A DNA stretch of 64,000 bases from contig OY761449.1 in assembly GCA_963664375.1 (NCBI GenBank), forward strand, positions 1,867,087 through 1,931,086, given 5' to 3'. This DNA comes from Dehalococcoidia bacterium. GTDB lineage: Bacteria > Chloroflexota > Dehalococcoidia > Lucifugimonadales > UBA3495. Below are positions 1 through 7,998 of this stretch, piece by piece (within the stretch, counting starts at the first letter, position 1; every line of letters begins with the position of its first letter). Below the pieces are notes generated by a model. The model had not been told where the DNA came from. It saw only the letters and a list, made by a program, of their open reading frames with translations, and did no database searches. The position numbers were made by a program, and so were the translations under genes.

Positions 1-2
1 TC

Positions 3-395
3 GACCGCGCTACGCTGGCGTTCTGGCTGGACGCTTACGACGAAGAGCCGGATGGCAACACCGTCCGCATAGTTTCCCGCATACACCGCCGCCTGGCCCC
101 CATAACGGTCGCGGTGCTGCCCCTGAGCCGCAACGAGCGCCTCACCCCGACGGCCCGCCGCATTCACGGCCTGCTGCGCCCGCACTTCAACGCGCAGTAC
201 GACGACGCCCAGAGCATCGGACGGCGCTACCGGCGGCAGGACGAAATCGGCACCCCGTACTGCGTGACCGTGGACTTCGATACCCTCGATGACCGCCAGG
301 TGACCATCCGCGACCGCGATACCATGTACCAGGCCCGCGTCCCCGTCGCCGAACTGGTGACCGTCCTTCGGGACAAGCTGGAGCACGGCTGGTAG
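3..395 (+). CDS. glyQS: glycine--tRNA ligase, C-terminal fragment (5' end outside window)
   Basis: Frame is open from the window edge. LAPITVAVLPLSRNE and GRRYRRQDEIGTPYCVTVDFDTLDD match the anticodon-binding domain of dimeric class II GlyRS. Confidence 0.8.
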   Translation, partial: DRATLAFWLDAYDEEPDGNTVRIVSRIHRRLAPITVAVLPLSRNERLTPTARRIHGLLRPHFNAQYDDAQSIGRRYRRQDEIGTPYCVTVDFDTLDDRQVTIRDRDTMYQARVPVAELVTVLRDKLEHGW

Positions 396-409
396 CCTGC
401 CCCCAAATT

Positions 410-446
410 CCCTCTCCCTCAGGGGGAGGGTTAGGGTGGGGGTGAA
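410..446 (+). repeat. REP-A copy 1
   Basis: CCCTCTCCC-TCA-GGGGGAGGG-TTAGGGTGGGGGTGAA, 15 nt after the glyQS stop. Confidence 0.9.
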
Positions 447-455
447 ACCTTCGAT

Positions 456-1253
456 ATGCCGAACCTGGTAGCGTCCGCCATCCGCCAGGGCCTGTACACG
501 CACATCGTGGGCCGCCGCATCCTCTATTACCCCGAACTGGGCTCCACCATGGACGAGGCCGCCCGGCTGGCCGCAGATGGCGCCGACGAGGGCGCGGTGG
601 TCATCGCCGAGGTGCAGACGGCGGGACGCGGCCGCCAGGGCCGCAGCTGGGTTTCCCGTCCGGGCAACCTGCTGTTCTCGGTGCTGTTCCGGCCCGATAT
701 AGCCCAGCTTCCTTATATTAGCGTCATAGGTGGGCTGGCCGCGGCGCGGGCCGTCCGAAAGGTGGCCGGACTCGACCCTCGAATCAAGTGGCCCAACGAC
801 TTGATGCTGGACGGCAACAAGGTCGCTGGCATCCTGGCCGAGAGCGCCATCGAGGGCGAATCGGTGTGTTATGCTGTTCTTGGCATTGGCGTGAACGTTG
901 CCCACTATCCCGACGATGACGAAGAAATCGCGGGCATCGCCACCAGCGTCAACCGGGCCGCTGGCAAGGAAGTGTCCAGGGAGTCGCTGCTGCGGCAACT
1001 TCTGATGGAGCTGGATGACCTGTACCGGCGCCTGCCCGGCCTAGGGCAAGGGGCGGGTAACAGCCCGGTAGCGGAATGGTCCCAACTGTTGGAAACCACG
1101 GGCCGCCGGGTAACCGCTGCCTTCCGCGACGAAAGGTTCGAGGGCGAGGCCGTGGGGGTGGACGATACCGGCAACCTGCTGCTCCGCCTGCAATCCGGGG
1201 AACTAATGACGCTCACGGCGGGAGACGTTACCCTCAGCGGAACCTATTCATGA
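456..1253 (+). CDS. birA: biotin--[acetyl-CoA-carboxylase] ligase, no N-terminal HTH
   Basis: GRGRQGRSWVSRPGNLLFSVL and KWPNDL motifs of biotin protein ligases. At 265 aa it is the non-repressor type. Confidence 0.85.
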   Translation: MPNLVASAIRQGLYTHIVGRRILYYPELGSTMDEAARLAADGADEGAVVIAEVQTAGRGRQGRSWVSRPGNLLFSVLFRPDIAQLPYISVIGGLAAARAVRKVAGLDPRIKWPNDLMLDGNKVAGILAESAIEGESVCYAVLGIGVNVAHYPDDDEEIAGIATSVNRAAGKEVSRESLLRQLLMELDDLYRRLPGLGQGAGNSPVAEWSQLLETTGRRVTAAFRDERFEGEAVGVDDTGNLLLRLQSGELMTLTAGDVTLSGTYS

Positions 1254-1264
1254 TAGGACTTACG

Positions 1265-1327
1265 CAGTTGAAAGCTATCCCCTCCCCCTCAGGGGGAGGG
1301 TTAGGGTGGGGGTGAACTCCTCAACTG
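1265..1327 (+). repeat. REP-A copy 2, long form with outer CAGTTGA/TCAACTG arms
   Basis: CAGTTGAAAGCTAT-CCCCTCCCCC-TCA-GGGGGAGGG-TTAGGGTGGGGGTGAA-CTCC-TCAACTG, after the birA stop. Confidence 0.9.
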
Positions 1328-1372
1328 TGTAACCCATATCTTGAAGTTCAATTCAATGTAACCGGGGAAATC

Positions 1373-2179
1373 ATGCTGGAGTCTCTGAGTCTCGAAGGCA
1401 AGAATGTTGTGATTACTGGGGGCGGCACCGGCCTGGGCCTGGCCATGGTGCGCGCCCTCGCCCGCGCTGGCGCCACGCTGGCCATCGCTGGCCGACGGCA
1501 GGGGCCGATTGACGACGCGGCGGCCGAGGTCGAGTCGCTGGGCAGCGAGGCGATATCCGTGCCGACGGACGTTACCGACGCGGCCCAGGTCGAGGGCCTG
1601 ATGCAAGCCGCAACGGAGCGTTTCGGTAAGATAGACGTATTGATCAACAATGCCGGAGCGGTGCAGGACAACGTCCGCAAGCCCATCTGGGAGATTACCG
1701 ACGAAGACTGGCACCGGGTCATGGATGTCAACCTGACTGGCGCGTTCTACTGTTCCAGGGCGGTGTCCAAGCCCATGGTCGATCAGGGGCACGGCAAGAT
1801 CATCAACGTGGCCTCGGGGTTCGGCATGCGGGGCGGCCGCGACATTTACGTCTACTGCACCAGCAAGGGCGGCATGATCCAACTGACTCGCGTGCTGTCC
1901 TTCAACCTCGCCCGCTACGGCGTGACGGCCAACAGCATCGTGCCCGGATTCGTGCCAACCGGCGACATGGGCAATACGCAGTCCAGCCTCCCCCGGTCGG
2001 GCGACTTCCTGCCCATCGGCAAGCTGGGTAAGCCGGAGGACTTCGGGCCGCTGGCTGTGTTCCTTTCGTCCAGCGCCTCCGATTACATGACCGGCGAAAT
2101 GATCATCGCCGACGGCGGCGGCCTGGCGGGTGGAATCACGCCAACAGGTCACGCCCCGGTGATACCACTGGAGCCGTGA
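1373..2179 (+). CDS. SDR family oxidoreductase (canonical)
   Basis: GKNVVITGGGTGLGLAM Rossmann motif, NNAG, and catalytic YCTSKGG (YxxxK). GGGGAAATC lies before the ATG. Confidence 0.85.
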   Translation: MLESLSLEGKNVVITGGGTGLGLAMVRALARAGATLAIAGRRQGPIDDAAAEVESLGSEAISVPTDVTDAAQVEGLMQAATERFGKIDVLINNAGAVQDNVRKPIWEITDEDWHRVMDVNLTGAFYCSRAVSKPMVDQGHGKIINVASGFGMRGGRDIYVYCTSKGGMIQLTRVLSFNLARYGVTANSIVPGFVPTGDMGNTQSSLPRSGDFLPIGKLGKPEDFGPLAVFLSSSASDYMTGEMIIADGGGLAGGITPTGHAPVIPLEP

Positions 2180-2186
2180 GTATAAT

Positions 2187-2222
2187 CCCCTCTCCCTCCG
2201 GGAGAGGGTTAGGGTGAGTGCG
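2187..2222 (+). repeat. REP-A copy 3 (GGAGAGGG subtype)
   Basis: CCCCTCTCCC-TCCG-GGAGAGGG-TTAGGGTGAGTGCG, 8 nt after the SDR stop. Confidence 0.9.
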
Positions 2223-2271
2223 TTCCCTGCTGCCTTGAACACGGTGACCACTACCATCTCAGGAGATTGAA

Positions 2272-3024
2272 ATGCCGGTACTGCCGGAATACGGACTGTC
2301 AGGCCAGGTAGCCATTTTCGCGACATCGGGCGGTGATGAAGCGCCGTTTCTGGCCGGAGCGCTGGCTGAATCTGGCGCAACGGTGTTCGCGGTCGCCCGC
2401 ACTCAGCGGCTGCTGGACGCCGTGATGGCGGGCCTGCCGTCCGGTAGCCACGGCGCCGTCATGAACCCCGGTTCGGACGTAAGCGCAGTGCGAGTGCTGG
2501 CGGAGTTTGACCAGCACCACGACCGCGTCGACATCCTGGTCAACGATACCCGCAGCATGTTTGCCGCCCCTCTCGGCGAGATCACGACGCTGACCTGGGA
2601 GGAAGTGCAGACCCGCAACGTCAAGATGGCGTTCCTGCTCTCCCAACAAGTGCTCCCCCGGATGGCCGAACGGGAATACGGCCGGGTGGTCAACGTGATC
2701 TCGGAACTGGCCGAGCGAGGGATGATCAACGGGTCTGCCTTCGCCGCCAGCCAGGCCGCCCTGCTTTCCCTCACGCGCTCCCTGGCCGTCGAGTGGGGCC
2801 GGCACAACATCCGCATCAACGCCCTGGGCACGGGCTGGATCGACAGCACCGGCCAGCCCATCGAGCAGCAGCTTGAGGAACTGCTGGTGCGCTACACCCC
2901 ACTGCGCCGCAAGGGACGCCCGGAGGACATCGGGCCGCTGCTGGTGTACCTCTGTTCCGAGTCCTGCGACTACTCCACCGGCCAGCCCGTCTACGTCGAC
3001 GGCGGCCTGAACGCTCACCCGTAG
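2272..3024 (+). CDS. SDR-fold protein with degenerate cofactor and catalytic motifs (probable pseudo-enzyme subunit)
   Basis: SDR-like length and C-terminal PEDIGPLLVYLCS...GQPVYVDGG. TGxxxGxG is ATSGGDEAP, NNAG is NDTR, and YxxxK is FAASQ. AGGAG RBS. Confidence 0.7.
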   Translation: MPVLPEYGLSGQVAIFATSGGDEAPFLAGALAESGATVFAVARTQRLLDAVMAGLPSGSHGAVMNPGSDVSAVRVLAEFDQHHDRVDILVNDTRSMFAAPLGEITTLTWEEVQTRNVKMAFLLSQQVLPRMAEREYGRVVNVISELAERGMINGSAFAASQAALLSLTRSLAVEWGRHNIRINALGTGWIDSTGQPIEQQLEELLVRYTPLRRKGRPEDIGPLLVYLCSESCDYSTGQPVYVDGGLNAHP

Positions 3025-3119
3025 GGGAGTCCCCATAACCCAATCTGGAGCTACACCGCAATTCCCGCGAAAGCGGATGTCCAATGCTCAATCATCGCAC
3101 AGTTTGAGTCGCGTAGCGA

Positions 3120-3148
3120 TTCATATCCACAACACCTTGGTGTAAAAT
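3120..3148 (+). promoter_or_regulatory. candidate sigma-70-type promoter upstream of hisZ
   Basis: TTCATA, a 17-nt spacer, then TAAAAT, 17 nt before ATG 3165. A pattern match only. Confidence 0.25.
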
Positions 3149-3164
3149 AGATTCCTGTCAGGCT

Positions 3165-4622
3165 ATGTATCGACAAGCCGAAGAATCAGCGAGGCCAGTT
3201 GCGCGGTTGCGCGGTATGGCCGATTTTTCCGGCGATTTGCTCAGAACCCGCGATTCCCTCCAGCGGCGGCTCACGGCCCTCCTCCACCGCCACGGCTACC
3301 AGCCCCTTGACACTCCCCTGCTTGAACCCACCGAGCTTTTCCTGAGAAAGTCCGGCGGCGAACTGGCGTCCCAGCTATTCAGTTTCAGCGACCCCGTCGG
3401 CAGGGCTGTCAGCCTGCGCCCGGAGTTCACCGCCCCTGCCATTCGCCACTACCTTGAACATTCTCAGGAGATCGAACTGCCCGTCCGATGGTGCTACGGC
3501 GGGCCGGTGTTCCGGTTCGACGGATCGGCGCAGGAGGAAGACTTGAACAGCCGCAGCCAGTTCACGCAACTGGGGGCCGAACTGCTGGGCAGCTCCAGCA
3601 TCCTGGCAGACGTGGAACTGATGACGCTGGCAACGTCGGCTCTCGCGGAGTCCGGCGTTTCGGGATGGACTCTGCGGCTGGCGGATCTCGACGTGCTGAA
3701 CAGCCTGCTCGAACCCGTCGGCCTCTCCGAGCGCGCACGGGCCTTCGTGGTACAGAACGTTCCTCGGCTGTCTGAGGGCGAGTCTGCCATCGCGCAACTG
3801 ATGGAGGAGAGCCGTCGGCTGCACGTCGCGGGGCGACACTCGGAGGACGACTATCTGAGCCAGGCCGTGCAGGGGCTTGACGACGATGAGGCCCGCAGCG
3901 TGTTGCTGGGAGTGCTGCGCTCCAACCCTCTCGACCAGTTGGGGCAGCGCAGGCCGGAAGAGGTGGTGGAGCGGCTGCTGCGCAAGATCAGATTCCCCGA
4001 CGCCGAGGACGGGCTGCGTCTGGCGCTGCAAGTGGCTAGCGAACTGGCCCAAGTGAAAGGCGACTCCCGCGCCGCCATAGCCGCTGCTTCGGATACCCTG
4101 CGCCGGGCGGGCGCTGATACGTCGGCGGTTGGCCGGTTGGAGCAGGTTCTTGACCTGTTGCCCGAGGGCTTGGTTGCGTCCGGCGCAATCATGCTGGACT
4201 TTGGCCTGGTTCGCGGGCTGGCGTATTACAATGGTATTGTATTCGAGGTGTCGCACCCCGGCTGGCACGCGCCCCTGGGCGGCGGGGGGCGATACGACGG
4301 GCTGGCCCGGGACCTGGGCGGAGACGCGACGCTGCCCGCCCTGGGTTTCGCCTACAACCTGGACGCGCTGGCTGAACTTGCCCCGGCAGCCGCGTCGCAC
4401 GACGGTGATGGCGCAAGAAGCGTCCTGGTGGTAGCCTCCGGCGATGGCGCGCAGTCCGCGGTTCTCAAAGTCGCCCAGGAATATCGCGATGGCGGCGCAA
4501 GCGCGGAAATCGACGTCAGCGGCAGGTCGTTCCCGCAAGCATTGGAATACGCCGCAAGGCGCGGCCTGAAACTTGTGGCGCTGGTGGACAGCGACGGGAC
4601 GGTGAGGACTCAGGAAATATGA
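3165..4622 (+). CDS. hisZ: HisRS-like protein, probable ATP phosphoribosyltransferase regulatory subunit HisZ with a retained anticodon-binding-like C-terminus
   Basis: LRPEFTAPAIRHY and GGGGRYDGL histidine/class II motifs. Motif 2 is degenerate (FRFDGSAQEEDLNSRSQFTQ rather than FRYERPQ.GR.RQF.Q). The stop overlaps the hisG ATG (ATGA at 4619-4622). Start is uncertain (alternative M at 3216). Confidence 0.6.
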   Translation: MYRQAEESARPVARLRGMADFSGDLLRTRDSLQRRLTALLHRHGYQPLDTPLLEPTELFLRKSGGELASQLFSFSDPVGRAVSLRPEFTAPAIRHYLEHSQEIELPVRWCYGGPVFRFDGSAQEEDLNSRSQFTQLGAELLGSSSILADVELMTLATSALAESGVSGWTLRLADLDVLNSLLEPVGLSERARAFVVQNVPRLSEGESAIAQLMEESRRLHVAGRHSEDDYLSQAVQGLDDDEARSVLLGVLRSNPLDQLGQRRPEEVVERLLRKIRFPDAEDGLRLALQVASELAQVKGDSRAAIAAASDTLRRAGADTSAVGRLEQVLDLLPEGLVASGAIMLDFGLVRGLAYYNGIVFEVSHPGWHAPLGGGGRYDGLARDLGGDATLPALGFAYNLDALAELAPAAASHDGDGARSVLVVASGDGAQSAVLKVAQEYRDGGASAEIDVSGRSFPQALEYAARRGLKLVALVDSDGTVRTQEI

Positions 4623-5635
4623 GCGACGCACGAACCGCCAACGGCAAGCCCGCGCTGCGCCTCTTGCTGCCCAGCGACGGCGACCTGCACCAGCCCACCC
4701 TTGATTTCCTGAGAGGTTGCGGGCTGCCGGTGCGCCGGCCCAATGCCCGCCGTTACACCGCTACGGTGCCAGCCATCCCCGGCGTGGATGTATTGTTCCA
4801 GCGTACCGCCGACATCACGGCAAAGGTGGAGGAGGGCAGCGCCGAGCTGGGCATAACCGGGCTTGACCGGCTGCTGGAGTACCGCGAGGACGACAGGCGG
4901 GCAGCCATCCTGGTCGAAAGCCTTGGCTTTGGCCGCTGCGACCTGGTGCTGGCCGTGCCCGATTCGTGGCTTGACGTAACCTCTCTCGCCGACCTTGCCG
5001 ATCTCGCCCTGGAATTCCGGCAGCAGGGCAAGCAGTTGCGCATCGCCACCAAGTACCCGCGGCTGCTGAGCGAGTTCCTCTATGACCGCGGCATCAACTA
5101 CTTCACCCTTGCGCCAGCGTCGGGAACGCTGGAGGCCGCTCCCCTTGCCGGTTACGCCGACCTGATCGCCGATCTGACGGCCACTGGCACGACCCTCAAG
5201 GAAAATCGCCTCAAGACACTGGAGGATGGGACGGTTCTCAGTTCCCAAGCCTGTCTGCTGGCCAACACGGAACGGCTGGCGGAGTCCGCGTCGACTCGTG
5301 AGCTGGCCCGCGGTCTCACCGAGATGATGGAGGCCCACATGCGGGCCGAGCCCTACTACCGTCTCTCGGCCAACGTGCAGGGCGACTCGGCCGAGGCAGT
5401 AAGCGGGATGGTGCTGGCCCGGCCCGACCTGGCCGGTCTCAGGGGCCCCACGGTGGCGCGCGTCTATAACGTGCAGGAACAGGACTGGTTTTCGGTCAGC
5501 CTGCTGGTAAAGAAAGACAAGCTGCTGTCCGCCGTTGACCATCTGAGGGACTGCGGCGCGGTGGACGTGGCGGCGTCTCAGTTGTCCTACCTCTTCGACA
5601 GCCATTCCCACGCCTACGAAGAACTGTTCGGTTAA
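4619..5635 (+). CDS. hisG: ATP phosphoribosyltransferase, long form with C-terminal regulatory domain
   Basis: LLLPSDGDLHQPTLDFL, IATKYPRL and DLTATGTTLKEN core motifs. There is a roughly 90-aa HisG_C-like tail (LRGPTVARV...WFSVSLLV...LRDCGAVDV). AGGA RBS. Confidence 0.85.
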   Translation: MSDARTANGKPALRLLLPSDGDLHQPTLDFLRGCGLPVRRPNARRYTATVPAIPGVDVLFQRTADITAKVEEGSAELGITGLDRLLEYREDDRRAAILVESLGFGRCDLVLAVPDSWLDVTSLADLADLALEFRQQGKQLRIATKYPRLLSEFLYDRGINYFTLAPASGTLEAAPLAGYADLIADLTATGTTLKENRLKTLEDGTVLSSQACLLANTERLAESASTRELARGLTEMMEAHMRAEPYYRLSANVQGDSAEAVSGMVLARPDLAGLRGPTVARVYNVQEQDWFSVSLLVKKDKLLSAVDHLRDCGAVDVAASQLSYLFDSHSHAYEELFG

Positions 5636-5784
5636 GCGGGCGGAGTATGTTCGACAAGCACAATGCCACGGGCTAAAATATGGCATCCCCACGTCCTATC
5701 GACACATACCCAACGCCGTTGTGGATGACGGCAACGGCCGTAGTCGGTGGTCAAAAGCCCCGGTAGCGGACAAGGACAAGACGA

Positions 5785-6549
5785 ATGCCCAATCTGCCGA
5801 TGCACATCTATCTGGCCAACCAGGTCGCGGAGCAGCTTGACTGGGGTTCAGTCTATGACCACATCGGCAGTTTCTACCTTGGGTCTACCTCCCCCGACAT
5901 CCGCGCGATGACCAAGTGGCCCAGGGAGCAGACGCACTTTGCGCCGCTGTCGGTCAGGGAAGTGGGCACCGGCGCCCGGACGATGTTCGAGAACTACCCG
6001 GGACTGCTGGACGAGAGCGCCCAGTCTCAGGCCACCCGCTCCTTTCTGCTGGGCTACATCTGCCACCTGGCATCGGACGAGGTCTGGATTACGACTGTGT
6101 ACCGGCCTAACTTCGACATCAACAGCGAGGAAACCCGGCTGACCGCCGACCAGGTGCAGGCGGACATCTGGGATCGCGCCGTGCAACTCGACATGGACCG
6201 TATCTCCCTGCCGGATGTGCGAGGGCCTATGAACGCCGGTCATGAGGTTTCCTGCGGTGATCAGGGCGTCTCAGTGTCGTTCTTTGAGGACGGATTGCTC
6301 ACCCAGTGGAAAGAGCGGGTCTCAGGGTTTGTTGGCCGGGAATTCGAATGGTCGCGATTGAAATTTGCCCTGAACCGCATGTACCGCGACAACGACGAAG
6401 TGCAGCAGACCGTGGATCGCTTCCTTGAAAGGATGCCGCACAGCCTCGAAGAGGTCTACGAAAGGATACCCGAGGCCAAGGTGGAGAATTACCGCCGCGA
6501 AGCCGTGGCAGCGACTATTGCCCACGTGAGGCAGTTCCTGCCGGAGTAA
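5785..6549 (+). CDS. hypothetical protein, zinc-dependent phospholipase C-like metallohydrolase fold (tentative)
   Basis: N-terminal MPNLPMHIYLANQV, GSTSPDI and CHLASDEVW resemble proteins annotated as the zinc-dependent PLC family. AAGGA RBS. Sits between hisG and hisD on the same strand. Confidence 0.4.
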   Translation: MPNLPMHIYLANQVAEQLDWGSVYDHIGSFYLGSTSPDIRAMTKWPREQTHFAPLSVREVGTGARTMFENYPGLLDESAQSQATRSFLLGYICHLASDEVWITTVYRPNFDINSEETRLTADQVQADIWDRAVQLDMDRISLPDVRGPMNAGHEVSCGDQGVSVSFFEDGLLTQWKERVSGFVGREFEWSRLKFALNRMYRDNDEVQQTVDRFLERMPHSLEEVYERIPEAKVENYRREAVAATIAHVRQFLPE

Positions 6550-6594
6550 CCCGAATCCAGCAGCCGGAACCATTCAAGTCCTGGGAGTGACCTA

Positions 6595-7947
6595 GTGGCA
6601 ATCAACACCACCCTGAACATCATCCGCGGCGCTGGGAACGCCGAAAACGTCCTCGCCCGCGTCGACCCGCTGGACCTGTCGTCGCTGCCCGAATCGGTAC
6701 TGGAGCGCACCCGCCAGGCTTTCGGCGACGGCGTAACCCCGGCCGAATCCGTCGTCCGCATGCTTGCCGACGTGAAGCGGGACGGCGACGCCGCCGTGCG
6801 GCACTACGCCCTCCTGCTGGACGGCTCCGACCTGGAGGACTTCCGCATCCCCGACGCGGAGCTCGACGCGGCCAGCGATCAGGTGAGCAAAGAGCTGTGG
6901 CAGTCGCTTGAGCTGGCGGCAGACCGCGTTCGCTCCTTCCACCAAGCCACGCTGCCCGGCGAATGGATGGACCCGGCGCAGGGCCTTGGCGAGTTGGTGC
7001 GGCCCCTGGCCCGCGTAGGCGTCTACGCCCCCGGCGGCAGCGCCGCTTACCCGTCCACGGTGCTGATGACGGTTATCCCTGCCCGTGTCGCCGGAGTGCG
7101 CGAAATCATCCTGACCACGCCGCGTACTGGCTCGCAGCCGCTTAACCCCGCCGTGGTCGCCGCCGCCAAGATCGCTGGTGTTGACGCCATGTACCAGGTC
7201 GGCGGCGTGCCAGCCATCGGCGCGCTGGCCTACGGCACCGAATCCATCCCCAAGGTGGACAAAATCTGCGGCCCCGGCAACATTTTCGTGGCCTACGCGA
7301 AAAAGCTGGTGCAGGGAGCGGTTGACATCGACGGGGTATTCGGCCCCACCGAGACCATCATTCTGGCAGACGATGGGGCCAACGCCGATTTCTGCGCCGC
7401 CGATCTCATCGCCCAGGCCGAGCACGACCCGCTGGCAACGGCGATACTGGTGACCGACAGCGAAGACCTCGTGGCCCGCGTCGAAGCCCAACTCGAAACG
7501 CAACTTGTTGCCGCGCCTCGGGGCGACGTGGCCCGGCAAGCCCTGGAACGCCAGGGTCGGGTGGTCATCGTGGACTCGCTGGAGGAGGGCGTGGAGCTGG
7601 TCAACCGCATCGCTCCCGAACACCTGTGCCTGCTGCTGCGGGAGCCGTGGAGCTGGGTTGACCTCATCCAGCACGCTGGCGGCCTGTTCCTCGGCGAGTA
7701 CTCGCCCGAGGTCATGGGCGACTACATTGCTGGCCCCAGCCATGTCATGCCCACGGGCGGGACAGCGCGGTTCGGCTCGGCCCTCAGCGTACACCACTTC
7801 CTCCGCACCATGCCGGTCGTGGGACTGAAGCCCGCCGACTTCCAGCATCTCGGCCCCGCAGCCGTGCAGATCGCCAACGCCGAGGGACTGGCGGGCCACG
7901 CGGGAGCGGTGCAGGTGCGGCTGGACGCGCTCAAGTCGGCAGTCTGA
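6595..7947 (+). CDS. hisD: histidinol dehydrogenase
   Basis: GPGNIFVAYAKK, IAQAEHDP and IAPEHL signature blocks. GTG start with GGGAG RBS. Confidence 0.9.
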   Translation: MAINTTLNIIRGAGNAENVLARVDPLDLSSLPESVLERTRQAFGDGVTPAESVVRMLADVKRDGDAAVRHYALLLDGSDLEDFRIPDAELDAASDQVSKELWQSLELAADRVRSFHQATLPGEWMDPAQGLGELVRPLARVGVYAPGGSAAYPSTVLMTVIPARVAGVREIILTTPRTGSQPLNPAVVAAAKIAGVDAMYQVGGVPAIGALAYGTESIPKVDKICGPGNIFVAYAKKLVQGAVDIDGVFGPTETIILADDGANADFCAADLIAQAEHDPLATAILVTDSEDLVARVEAQLETQLVAAPRGDVARQALERQGRVVIVDSLEEGVELVNRIAPEHLCLLLREPWSWVDLIQHAGGLFLGEYSPEVMGDYIAGPSHVMPTGGTARFGSALSVHHFLRTMPVVGLKPADFQHLGPAAVQIANAEGLAGHAGAVQVRLDALKSAV

Positions 7948-7998
7948 CATTCCATGCAAACCGAAAGGTTCCCGATAGAGATAGGCAGGTCAGAGGAA

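Noticed and set aside
431-436. TTAGGG (vertebrate telomere hexamer) recurring dozens of times
   Set aside because: It always occurs as one unit inside REP-A and never as a tandem array. It is relevant only as one G-tract plus loop of the G4 motif.
3165-4622. Annotating the HisRS-like gene as the housekeeping histidine--tRNA ligase
   Set aside because: Motif 2 is degenerate and there is an ATGA overlap with hisG, which favours a HisZ-like role. This is not fully excluded, because the anticodon-binding-like domain is retained (see finding).
6592-7959. Long antisense ORFs opposite well-supported genes, e.g. 6592..7959(-), 7990..9249(-), 1301..2380(-), 32049..33653(-), 59336..60994(-), 20081..21118(-), 56647..57741(+)
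   Set aside because: Each is fully overlapped by a gene with strong family motifs on the other strand. Their translations are Arg/Gly/Ala/His-rich without motifs. Stop-codon depletion in GC-rich antisense frames explains them.
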